Positions 19,041 through 27,802 are shown, numbered from the stretch's first letter. The stretch: 64,000 bases of DNA from Vampirovibrionales bacterium (GCA_035285165.1 JAYKHP010000018.1:81486-145485), one strand, 5' to 3'. Notes: a model not told the origin generated them from the letters alone. Numbers and translations: made by a program.

Positions 19041-19069
19041 TTGTCCATGCCTTGCCTCTTGGCTATAAT
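19041..19069 (+). promoter_or_regulatory. sigma70-type promoter (TTGTCC - 17 bp - TATAAT)
   Basis: The -35 TTGTCC lies at 19041..19046, followed by an exact 17-bp spacer and a consensus -10 TATAAT at 19064..19069. This is the first promoter after the rnhC stop. Confidence 0.5.
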
Positions 19070-19089
19070 CGTCTGACGGTTTATACCCT

Positions 19090-19198
19090 TTCGATTGGGA
19101 AATCCGGTGAAATGCCGGGGCTGTGCCGCAACTGTGACCTGATTCGCTCATCAAGCATTCTATTGAAGCATCTTCAGGAAGCCAGAACGCCAATCGAA
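19090..19198 (+). ncRNA. candidate cobalamin (B12) riboswitch aptamer
   Basis: The core 'GGGAAATCCGGTGAAATGCCGGGGCTGTGCCGCAACTGTGA' matches the cobalamin-riboswitch consensus (AGGGAA, CCGG-loop-CCGG hairpin, GCTG..CCGCAACTGT). A B12-box-like 'AAGCCAGAACGCC' lies at 19177..19192. A P1 stem TTCGATT (19090..19096) pairs with AATCGAA (19192..19198) and closes the element. Confidence 0.5.
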
Positions 19199-19431
19199 CG
19201 GGACTTGCCATCCGCTTGCGACGCACAAGCCGGGATGACGCGCTTTTCCTGTCACGCTGCACTTGTATGACCTGCGAGCCCCGCACGTTATTAAGCAAGC
19301 TAACGCCCCTGACAGGTCGAAGGGTCTTCCATTCTCTTGTACAAGCTGGTAATGACACTGGGCCGTGTATCAACGCGTCAACTGCCGTCTCCTCTTGCCC
19401 TAAACGGGCAACGACTAATCCTTCATGAGCT

Positions 19432-20982
19432 ATGCCCATCCAGCCTTTCGCCATTCAAAGCATTCTTCCGTTTAAGAATAACCCCACTCAGCCAAACGAC
19501 GTGGGGCGTCAAACGGTGCCTGACGAAACCGCCAGAGGCAATAGCTTTGCAGGCGACAGCTTTAAGAGGCCTTTTGATGCCAGTGACAATCAAAAATCGC
19601 TGGTGCCCATTTCGCCCGTCTCGGCAAAGGTGCTGGATGCCAACGCGTCCATCTTAACCCCGGAGCCTGAGGATAACGTTGAAGATGATTTTTGCAGTCC
19701 CGTTTCAAGCCTGGGCTCAAAAAAAATCATGGGCCTGTTTGCTGCGGGCGTTGCCGCGGCCGTATTAGGGCGTTCGGTTTTTCAATTGTTCAAAAAAGCG
19801 CCCGAGGCTGCAAAATCCCTTGCCAAAACGGCCGAGAAAAGTTCAAAACAGCAACCGGAAAAACTGCGGGGCGCATTTGCAAGCGATGAGAACCTGGAGC
19901 TATACCCCACCCACCAGCAAAAAGGATTTGCCTCGATATTTATGGCAATGATCTACAACCCAGACAATCGCGGGGCGTTTTTCGGTTACCTGGCCTCGGC
20001 AGCGCTGGGCTATATCGGGGCAAGCCTTGCCCAAGGGATTCAGGAAAGCTGGGTGAGGCGGCAGGAAACGCTGATTCGGGCGAATCTCATCAACCGGATG
20101 CAGCAAGCGTTTCGTAAAAGCATCCACGTTAAGCAAGTGCTGGACACCTCGCTGATGGGTGATGCCGCACGGCAGATTGAAAAGCTTCTGCTGCGGGCGG
20201 GCATTACAAACGCAAAAGGGCTTGTGGCGCCAAATTTAATATCGGCAAGCGCTTTGCTTGAACCCAAGCGCACGCAGCAGGAATATTTTTATCAGCCCAC
20301 GCATCGCGCGGTTCGCGTCGTCACACAGCCGGCATTTGCCCAATTTGGCGCGGGTCTTTTTGAGGCAGGCGGCAATTACCCTGGCAATACAAGCAGTAAC
20401 TTTAATCCGTTAAGGCAAAAATTCAGCGATAACCTGTCGATGCAACGCGGGATTCTCGAATCCGTTATTTTCGGGGCAGGTGTTACTGTTGGCAGCGTTA
20501 TTCAGGGCTTTATCAGGCTTTTAAAAATGCACCTGACGTTGCAGCAGACGCCAAAAAACATCAAGGAGCAAGTGTACCTGACGTTCGACACGGTGGAATC
20601 CTGGTGGCTGACACGGCACCAAAGCCAAAGAAGCTTAATGGTGCTGGGCGGCTTTTTAGCGCTTTCGGCAGCGGCCAAACTCGGCAAGTTGTTTATCGAC
20701 GGCATTCGTGAAGTGGAAGTCACAAGACGAAACGCCCAAACCGAATACCTGTATCAAAAGCACAACTGGCTGACGCAAGACCCAAGCTTCCACCGCATCG
20801 CCGAAGAAGAAGCCCTGCGACACGAGCTTGATATTTTATGGACGCAATTGCCCGCATTGAGAAACGATCCGGTACGGCTGCAAGAGCGCATCCAGACGAT
20901 TCTCACCAACATCGGCAGAAACTCCGCGCCCAAATACTTCCCGATGACGCCTGCGGTCAATCTTGTAGACGCTCGAAGTTAA
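19432..20982 (+). CDS. hypothetical membrane protein (516 aa), downstream of the riboswitch candidate
   Basis: ATG ORF with ~3 hydrophobic segments and Q/R-rich helical regions. No family recognised. Confidence 0.6.
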   Translation: MPIQPFAIQSILPFKNNPTQPNDVGRQTVPDETARGNSFAGDSFKRPFDASDNQKSLVPISPVSAKVLDANASILTPEPEDNVEDDFCSPVSSLGSKKIMGLFAAGVAAAVLGRSVFQLFKKAPEAAKSLAKTAEKSSKQQPEKLRGAFASDENLELYPTHQQKGFASIFMAMIYNPDNRGAFFGYLASAALGYIGASLAQGIQESWVRRQETLIRANLINRMQQAFRKSIHVKQVLDTSLMGDAARQIEKLLLRAGITNAKGLVAPNLISASALLEPKRTQQEYFYQPTHRAVRVVTQPAFAQFGAGLFEAGGNYPGNTSSNFNPLRQKFSDNLSMQRGILESVIFGAGVTVGSVIQGFIRLLKMHLTLQQTPKNIKEQVYLTFDTVESWWLTRHQSQRSLMVLGGFLALSAAAKLGKLFIDGIREVEVTRRNAQTEYLYQKHNWLTQDPSFHRIAEEEALRHELDILWTQLPALRNDPVRLQERIQTILTNIGRNSAPKYFPMTPAVNLVDARS

Positions 20983-20989
20983 GGGTCTT

Positions 20990-21649
20990 CTAAACGCGCA
21001 TGATAGCGGAGCCCTCAAAATTCGGCGTTTTACCGTAATGAGGGTGGATGTGTAGCGGATCATAAATGGAGGGATACAGACCGGATGGCATAGGTCGTGA
21101 ACCATTGGAAGATTGCGGGTAAATGGTCGGCGTCGTTACGGAGACGACATCCAGCGGCTTGGTCGAATTGACATTGTGCTGTAAACCGGCCTGGGAAAAG
21201 GGATTAAGATCGCCCTTAAGATTTGTCTTCTGCGGGCTCTCTTCCGTTTGCGCTTCAGCTTGCGCTTCCATGCGCTCCTTGAGTGACGGAAATTTCTCGA
21301 CAAACCGCTGAGCCATTTTGTCGGCCCATAAGCCTGAATATAACGTGCTGAAGAGAGAGCCTATCGACGCTGTCCAGAAGGCCACCTTCTTGTTGTTGCG
21401 CGTTAATTTTTCAATAAACAGGCCGCTAATGGGAGAAACGACAAAGAATATCGCAGTGCCTGCGATATAAGCAATTGTTTCTTCCACCATCCTCTGCAGA
21501 CGCTCTTTTTGAGCACGCTGCTGGTCGTTCATGTATCTCAAAGCGCCTACCCCCGTGGTAGGGATCAGCCATAACGCCCACATTGTGGGATCTTTGAGAT
21601 TCGGGTTCCTTATAATCCTTTGTGCAATGTTATTTAGCAAATTTCTCAT
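20990..21649 (-). CDS. hypothetical membrane protein (219 aa)
   Basis: ATG ORF. It has two hydrophobic segments separated by a basic Q/R-rich linker, and a P/S-rich C-terminal tail. Confidence 0.55.
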   Translation of the reverse strand: MRNLLNNIAQRIIRNPNLKDPTMWALWLIPTTGVGALRYMNDQQRAQKERLQRMVEETIAYIAGTAIFFVVSPISGLFIEKLTRNNKKVAFWTASIGSLFSTLYSGLWADKMAQRFVEKFPSLKERMEAQAEAQTEESPQKTNLKGDLNPFSQAGLQHNVNSTKPLDVVSVTTPTIYPQSSNGSRPMPSGLYPSIYDPLHIHPHYGKTPNFEGSAIMRV

Positions 21650-21960
21650 AACTCTTATAACCTTAGACCGATACTATTTTGAATGCAACCGGCCAAAGAA
21701 AGTAGCATTTCGGGCGTTTTTCGGTTCTTATACCATGTGAAACCATGCCGTTGAAAAGGGTTTTCGCCTGGCATTATTTTTTTTATAAATTTCAAGTAGT
21801 CAAAGGGATTGCCAGAACTTAAGTATATTTAATTTATATATTTAATATATTACATTTAACCCCTTGAATTCATGTGGAATCAGCCATACTTTTAAGAGGG
21901 TGTTCCGAGCCGGAAATTTAACTGCAATTATTACAATTCTTTACATTTAAGGCGTTTTTA

Positions 21961-23181
21961 ATGCAGGCGCAACTTCAGCAAAAAAGAGACTTAAGGCCCT
22001 ACGCCAGTTCTCTTCTGCTGTCAAAAAAAGCGTTTTCCCCGACAACCTCTTCCAATATAAGGTTTGGTAAAGGATTGGGAGAACAAGGCTTTTACGCCCT
22101 ACTGGGTAAAATAGAAGCACGCCCCCTCCTGGACACGCTGATTAAGGAAATCGTGGGTATCAACCTGTTCAAGATTATCTTTACCCGAAGCAAAGACGAG
22201 CGGCTCGATGTGGGGGTCAGCGAAGTTGGGAACACGGTCGCCTTTGCCGCAGGCGGCTTGGCGGTGGATAAGTCGCTTGCCAGCTTCTATAGAAACGCCG
22301 CAAAAGGCTCGTTAAATCCTGAAACGGCAAGGCGCTTTGGTATCATTGGCCGCTCATTCGCCCTTTACAGCATCATCTTTTCCCTACTTTGGGCCATGCC
22401 GTTCGTCAGGAATTACATCACCAGCCGCCGCATCGGATCCGATCGCTTCACGGACGTCATCAAGAGGCAACAAGGTCCTCGTCAGGCTGAGCAGCAGCAC
22501 CTTAAGCAAAGCCTGGATTATTACAAGCGGCAAATTGCTGGCATTCTCGGTCTGGGTGTTACGGGCACCCTGATTGCAGGCGCCCTCGGCTTTATCGGCA
22601 TTCGACACACGGCAAAACCGGGAAAGATTTTGGGCGAGAAAATACTGGCGCGCCTTTTTCAGGAGAAACCCGCCAGCGTCTGGAAAAAACTGCTGCTGAT
22701 TGAAGAGGGCAGGTTCGCCAATTTCACGGGCTTTCCGGCCCTCCTGTTCTGGGGCGTGCCGGCTTACGGCGGATGGATCCACGCTTCGCGCGACACGTAC
22801 GAGAAAAAAGAGCAGGTCTTAAAGTTCGCCAATTTTGTCGCCTGTTTCTTTGGGCCTTCTCTGCTTCTGAATAAATTTTATGAGAAAAAATTCACGCCGC
22901 TTCTCGGTGCCGAAAAAGCCACGTTTGCCAATATCCAAAAATTAGGTGAGCACACATTGGCTGAACAGGCCATCAAGCAAAAGGCATTGAAATTATGGGC
23001 CGGAAAGAACGGCCTGGGGCTCCTCAGCTCCGTTCTGCTGCTTGGCACCATGCCGCAGTTGATTAACATCCACTTGACCAAGAAACGCTTGCAACGCGCC
23101 CAGCAAGCAGGACGCATCGACATTTACAAACCCTCGCAAGCCCGCCATGTCCTGAACGGAAGCCTGCCCGTAAGAGGCTAA
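21961..23181 (+). CDS. hypothetical polytopic membrane protein (406 aa)
   Basis: ATG ORF with several hydrophobic segments. It is divergent from 20990..21649 across a 310-bp AT-rich spacer. Confidence 0.6.
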   Translation: MQAQLQQKRDLRPYASSLLLSKKAFSPTTSSNIRFGKGLGEQGFYALLGKIEARPLLDTLIKEIVGINLFKIIFTRSKDERLDVGVSEVGNTVAFAAGGLAVDKSLASFYRNAAKGSLNPETARRFGIIGRSFALYSIIFSLLWAMPFVRNYITSRRIGSDRFTDVIKRQQGPRQAEQQHLKQSLDYYKRQIAGILGLGVTGTLIAGALGFIGIRHTAKPGKILGEKILARLFQEKPASVWKKLLLIEEGRFANFTGFPALLFWGVPAYGGWIHASRDTYEKKEQVLKFANFVACFFGPSLLLNKFYEKKFTPLLGAEKATFANIQKLGEHTLAEQAIKQKALKLWAGKNGLGLLSSVLLLGTMPQLINIHLTKKRLQRAQQAGRIDIYKPSQARHVLNGSLPVRG

Positions 23182-23197
23182 AGACAATAAAAGGCGA

Positions 23198-23902
23198 TTA
23201 AACCGGGTAGAACCAGAAATCCCTCAGCGGAGCGCCGACATTCAAGCCCGGCAGGTAAACGACCGGCGAACACATAAAATGAAGCAGTTCGCTATTGCTT
23301 GGCTCTGACGGGGGTTCGTTATAAGCTTGCGCTGGCGCACCGGGCTGGGAAACATCGGCAACAGAAGGAGACCCACCTGCCAACTGGGCCTTTAATTCGG
23401 CAAGCTGTGCCTTCATTTGCTTCAGTTCACCCACCTCGTCCTTCATCTGGTGATATTTCTGCTTACAGGCACTCACCCAGCCTTCAAAAGCGCAGCCGGG
23501 GGCGGTCACCACAAAGGGGGTATCGGGATAATCACGACAAAACTGAGGCCTGTCCTCGTGGACACCACAGCGATTATCCTCGCGAAGATAGCGGCAGTGG
23601 TAAAACACCAGCTCGTCTGGGTTTTCAAAGTCCTCAAGCTTTTTAGCGGCTTCTTTCATCCGCTTGACCAGTCCCGGCACGACTGCCTCGGCATCGTCCT
23701 GGCTGGGATAGGGAACCATGATGGAGAAAAAATTCCGCGCAAATTCGTCTCCCTCAGCCGCACGTTTCATCAATTGTGAAAACGGCTTGCTGGGGGAAGC
23801 TCCCTTACAGCACTCCCCCAGGCTGCAACATTTGGGCAGCGGAATCCCGAAGGCTGTTTCAAAGGCGTTGGCCAAAATGGTGTTCTCTTTCCCGAAACTC
23901 AA
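23198..23902 (-). CDS. YkgJ/UPF0153-family (CxxCxxCC-type zinc/iron-chelating domain) protein with C-terminal coiled-coil extension
   Basis: 'HCRYLREDNRCGVHEDRPQFCRDYPDTP' matches the family block C-x-F/Y-L-x5-C-x-I/V-H/Y-x2-RP-x2-CR-x-F/YP. An N-terminal 'KCCSLGECC' cysteine cluster is present. The start is a TTG. Confidence 0.55.
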   Translation of the reverse strand: MSFGKENTILANAFETAFGIPLPKCCSLGECCKGASPSKPFSQLMKRAAEGDEFARNFFSIMVPYPSQDDAEAVVPGLVKRMKEAAKKLEDFENPDELVFYHCRYLREDNRCGVHEDRPQFCRDYPDTPFVVTAPGCAFEGWVSACKQKYHQMKDEVGELKQMKAQLAELKAQLAGGSPSVADVSQPGAPAQAYNEPPSEPSNSELLHFMCSPVVYLPGLNVGAPLRDFWFYPV

Positions 23903-24031
23903 GGCTTAAAAAATCAAAGCCCGTTCTTTACCCGCTTCCCTATTGTATCGGGCAATATGGGCATCGCAAAGCGAGTGTCGAAAGTTTCAGGTATATGAGG
24001 GAGTTTGTAGAATTTTTAGAAGCAGAATTTG

Positions 24032-24364
24032 TCAGTTCATCTGCAGGGGACGCTTGGCATAGCCTTCCAGCTTCTGGCCGTTCAAGCGAGTCAGAAGATT
24101 GAGCCGCACCATTTCCAACTGCTTAATGGCATCCACACATGCCGCCTCATCAGCAGAACTCATCTTCTGACGGCGAAGCGCATGGTATTGCTCTTCGATA
24201 GCCTGGTTCACCCGCAAAAGATCTTCGAGAACCGCATCCTCGGGACGCTTGGTTTCAGGGCCGGAACGGGCATGCCACAAAAGACCCAACTTGAGTTTGT
24301 CTAAAAACGTTCTGGGCGCCTTATCGCTTGGCGTGTTTTGAAATTTCCGGGTTTGCTCGCTCAT
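24032..24364 (-). CDS. hypothetical protein (110 aa)
   Basis: ATG ORF with a basic helical protein composition. No family recognised. Confidence 0.35.
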   Translation of the reverse strand: MSEQTRKFQNTPSDKAPRTFLDKLKLGLLWHARSGPETKRPEDAVLEDLLRVNQAIEEQYHALRRQKMSSADEAACVDAIKQLEMVRLNLLTRLNGQKLEGYAKRPLQMN

Positions 24365-24645
24365 CTATGACCACCTCACTTGTGCCTCCTTCTCTGGAGG
24401 CGTGTGTATTTCGTTCAGGCTTTCTCAGGCAGGTTTTCTCTCGTGATCCAATTCGCCAGTGGGATAAAAATACAGGGCAATGCTGAGACGCTTCACACGT
24501 CACAAGGTAATAAAAACGATACACTCTCCGTAATTGCGGACTATCTGGGCATGTTATATCTTAGAGATATCACTAGAATATACTTCCTGATATCTTTCGT
24601 CATTATTGAAGCACTATTACGCTATTCAAATTGCCCCAAAAGGCT

Positions 24646-24685
24646 TTGACAAGACTTTGACATCCAAGCTTGTCTTTCATAGCAT
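24646..24685 (+). promoter_or_regulatory. promoter candidate with tandem -35 boxes and an inverted repeat
   Basis: TTGACA lies at 24646..24651 and again at 24657..24662. A 17-bp spacer follows and then TAGCAT (24680..24685). An inverted repeat GACAAG...CTTGTC overlaps the spacer. Confidence 0.35.
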
Positions 24686-24999
24686 GCGCATGTTATTCCC
24701 ATGCTTCAATTGGGTTTTCATAAACAGGGCAAAACAAGCAGCACAAAAATCATTGAGCGGTTTTTATGCCCGTACAGTCCTAAAGAACAAGAAAAAACCA
24801 AGAAAAAAACAAGGCTTAAGCACCCCCCAACATGTTCACACTGTCCGCCAACGCCAGCCATTCGCATCATCATCACCATTACGATCACCACCACCGAGTG
24901 GAGATGATGGCAATCGCTTGCAAGCCTTTTAACCAGTTTAACCAGGACACCAAGCACACGCACGGGTAACGACTTCCAGAAAACATAGCAAACCCGAAC

Positions 25000-26841
25000 T
25001 TGCCACCGCTGTCATCTCCTTCAGCCCTGACCCGACAGCAGGTCTTACGGCAGGTTCTTTTGTTTGCGCCCCTGACGATAAACATGCATCAGCCCCTGTT
25101 TTTTGGAAACATTCACCTCACCATGTACTTGCAGAATCACACCTTCAACTCGACCCAAGCGGCGTTTCAAGCTTACGAAACGCCTGGCGCAAGCCTGAGG
25201 CAAAACGGGCAAAACCAGAGGAACATTCGCTTCGGCAACGCACCCATTCCCCTTCCCCGCTGGATAAAGCCGGTGGATGGGCTGTTTCAAAAAGGTCTCA
25301 ATACCCGCACAAAAGAAATGCTTCTGGAAGACCTGATGGGCTTTGCCCTGTTGCGCACCGGCATCGATCTCTACCGCCAAAGGATTATGGGGGAAGGAAC
25401 GCGGGACAAGCACGGGCACGAGGAGCTCAACATTCCAGCGGCGCGCGAACGACTGCTGAGGGAAGTCTCCTCGATTTTAACCGACAACGTTTCGGGGGGC
25501 ATCTTCGCCTTTGCCATCGCGGTTCTGGCCAATCGATTCACGGGGGCCAAAAACCTTTCCCAGCATTTTGTTTCAGAACAAAGCCTCGCATTGTTTTCAG
25601 ATATCGTCGGCAAGCTTCCGTCCTCCGCTTTTTCGTCCCACAACGCTTTTGAAGAAGCCTTAATCAAGAGCCTGGCCAAAGAGTTCAATATCCCCCAGGC
25701 AGAACTTTGCGAAGTCTATCGCGATTACAGTGCGCAGGCGGGAAAGGTGGCCAAACAGGGATCCCAGCTTCTGAGCGAGCGCGAAGGTAAAATCGCTCGC
25801 CTGATTCGCAAAAATAACCCGCGAGGAGAAAGTTTCTCGCTTGCCCGTCAGGGTATCATCCAGCCGGGTGTCGCCAAGAACTTATTCGAGTTTCCCGAAC
25901 TGCTGGAAGACACCCGGCATTTCCTCAACAAGTTGCCGAAAACGGACACGGGCAGGACAATTGAAACGGTGGCCCAGAAGTTGTTGGCAGACTCGGGAAG
26001 GCTGAACAAGCTTCAATATCTGGGAATTGCATTGGCGCTTGGCCTGACGATGCTCGTTCCCTTCACAATCAACGCCATGACGCGTCATCTTGACGGGATT
26101 GCCAATTATCCTGGCGAAAGAGGCATTCGGGATATGAAGCAGGTCAACCCGAACGATCACGAAGGGCCCGGCAACACCTGGCTTGAAAAACATTTCCCTT
26201 ATATGAGCGAGTTAATCCAGAGGAAAAGCCCGATCCTGCTCTTGCCGCTCCTGCCTTTGGCACTTGCCATGGGGCTTTTCGACACGCGGGCCTTGTCTCG
26301 ATTCGCCTTTAAAGAAGCCTTTAACGCCCCCTGGAAGAAAGCGTTCATCCCGCGTCTAAAAGAAATGTACCAATTCGGCAAAGGCGTCCCTTTTACCACA
26401 CAACAGCAGATGGCCTCCTGCTTCGCCTTCCTGATATTCTCGCGAATGGTCACCGCCCGAAGCGACATCGAGTTTCGTGAGCGCAGCGTGGATTCGTTAT
26501 TGGGCTGGACGACCTGGATTTTGGGAACACCCATTCTCAAGCGCGGCCTGTCGCGCTTATTGGAAAAACAAATGGCGGGCACCCGTTTGTTTAACCGTTC
26601 CGGAGTTTTAAGAACCCGCGCCGAGATTGAACATTTCCCGATCGCGGGCGAGAATCGCAGCAGGAGCCTCAGCGCTCACCTTCTGACACGCTTTTCCAGC
26701 GTGATCTTTACCATTCTGACGCTTGGCATTCTCGAGCCGGTGGCGGCCATTAAGTGGACTGCTCACCAGGGAAAGAAACACGAAGACAAAAAAGAGACGG
26801 CAGGTTTGAACAAGCTTAGCCTGAATAACATTAGCGCGTAA
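25000..26841 (+). CDS. hypothetical membrane protein (613 aa)
   Basis: ATG ORF with multiple hydrophobic segments (e.g. 'ILLLPLLPLALAMGLF'). No family recognised. Confidence 0.6.
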   Translation: MPPLSSPSALTRQQVLRQVLLFAPLTINMHQPLFFGNIHLTMYLQNHTFNSTQAAFQAYETPGASLRQNGQNQRNIRFGNAPIPLPRWIKPVDGLFQKGLNTRTKEMLLEDLMGFALLRTGIDLYRQRIMGEGTRDKHGHEELNIPAARERLLREVSSILTDNVSGGIFAFAIAVLANRFTGAKNLSQHFVSEQSLALFSDIVGKLPSSAFSSHNAFEEALIKSLAKEFNIPQAELCEVYRDYSAQAGKVAKQGSQLLSEREGKIARLIRKNNPRGESFSLARQGIIQPGVAKNLFEFPELLEDTRHFLNKLPKTDTGRTIETVAQKLLADSGRLNKLQYLGIALALGLTMLVPFTINAMTRHLDGIANYPGERGIRDMKQVNPNDHEGPGNTWLEKHFPYMSELIQRKSPILLLPLLPLALAMGLFDTRALSRFAFKEAFNAPWKKAFIPRLKEMYQFGKGVPFTTQQQMASCFAFLIFSRMVTARSDIEFRERSVDSLLGWTTWILGTPILKRGLSRLLEKQMAGTRLFNRSGVLRTRAEIEHFPIAGENRSRSLSAHLLTRFSSVIFTILTLGILEPVAAIKWTAHQGKKHEDKKETAGLNKLSLNNISA

Positions 26842-26944
26842 GGGCTTGGCGAACTCTTTAATCAGTTCCGCATTGAGTTCCCCGGTTTACTTCTGCGTAT
26901 GGTTCTATATCCATTCCTCCCGGCAATCTCACCCATCCAAACGG

Positions 26945-26976
26945 TTGAGCGCTTGGAAAAGACCCCTTATAATAAG
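26945..26976 (+). promoter_or_regulatory. promoter-like motif copy 1 (TTGAGC-17-TATAAT with conserved AAAAGACNCCT...AAG)
   Basis: A 20-mer 'AAAAGACCCCTTATAATAAG' is shared at 19/20 positions with 39650..39669. There is a -35-like hexamer 17 bp upstream of the TATAAT. Confidence 0.35.
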
Positions 26977-27341
26977 TCTTGGTCATTCTATTCATTTAAA
27001 GTCATTCGACTCAAACGGTTGGGTTTTCCGATTCAACGTTATTTTTAACGTCATCGCGAGAGGAAAGAGATTCCCGCCCCGGGCCTAGATTAAGTCAAAA
27101 AAGGTTAAGTCAAAAAAGATTATGCCGCATAGCGCCAGAGTTTTTTGAAAATCCTGAATTGCCTGATAGTCCATATATACTTCGGATTACCCTCTATTAC
27201 ATCTTGTAACAAAGCCCCCACGGACGCTTAAGCTTTTCCCCCAGCCGCCGAAGAGTCCAGCAGAGGGACATACGCAAGCGATTAATATTCCGAATGAGCC
27301 CCATTTAAAAAGCATTACGAACCGGGAGAGGTACCCCAACC

Positions 27342-27743
27342 ATGTCAAACGGCATTAACTCAAACGACCCCAACCGCCTGAGCGCCGCCCAGTACAACCA
27401 GCAGCGTCAATCCAAGCCGGATACGGGTTCAGGACAGCAGGAAGAACAGTCTGCCGCAGGCCCACAGGATAACCGTCAGTCGGTTGACCCCGACAGAATG
27501 CTTTCCATGATGGCCCAGATGGGATCAATCAACGCCGGTGGCATTGAAAACGTCGCTCTTGGCCGCTCCATTGACCAATCCCTTTCAACATTCTTCGATT
27601 CCGTGACGCCGGAAGCCCATGCCCAGCTTTACGCAAGCTTTGAACAAGCCTTCCAGAACGAGTTCGGCATGACGCCAAGCGCCCACCTGGTACAAGAAGC
27701 GCTTGATAATTTTCTGATTGGTTCCCCGGTCATTCAGGCATAA
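27342..27743 (+). CDS. hypothetical Q-rich small protein (133 aa)
   Basis: ATG ORF preceded by 'GGGAGAGG' ~8 nt upstream. It is followed by a good intrinsic terminator. Confidence 0.5.
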   Translation: MSNGINSNDPNRLSAAQYNQQRQSKPDTGSGQQEEQSAAGPQDNRQSVDPDRMLSMMAQMGSINAGGIENVALGRSIDQSLSTFFDSVTPEAHAQLYASFEQAFQNEFGMTPSAHLVQEALDNFLIGSPVIQA

Positions 27744-27802
27744 GCCCCTTTATTGCCCTCGGGCGACGCCTTTTTGACAACTTGTTCCCCCATTTTCCAG
27801 AA

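Noticed and set aside
19080-19430. Possibility that the 350-nt leader is tmRNA, RNase P RNA, 6S RNA or SRP RNA
   Set aside because: 'GGGGCUGUGCC' superficially resembles the tmRNA 5' end. However, there is no tRNA-like 3' end (no ...GGUUCGAUUCC...CCACCA), no RNase P 'AGUCCGGGC' P4 motif, and no SRP 'GGAAGGAAGCAGC' domain IV. The cobalamin-riboswitch core fits far better.
19011-19454. 147-aa minus-strand ORF spanning the rnhC stop, the promoter and the 5' end of 19432..20982
   Set aside because: It overlaps two better-supported genes and the candidate riboswitch. Its composition (R/S/A-rich) is typical of an out-of-frame artefact in GC-rich DNA. The plus-strand ORFs 19052..19270, 19216..19428 and 19337..19657 in the same region were rejected for the same reason.
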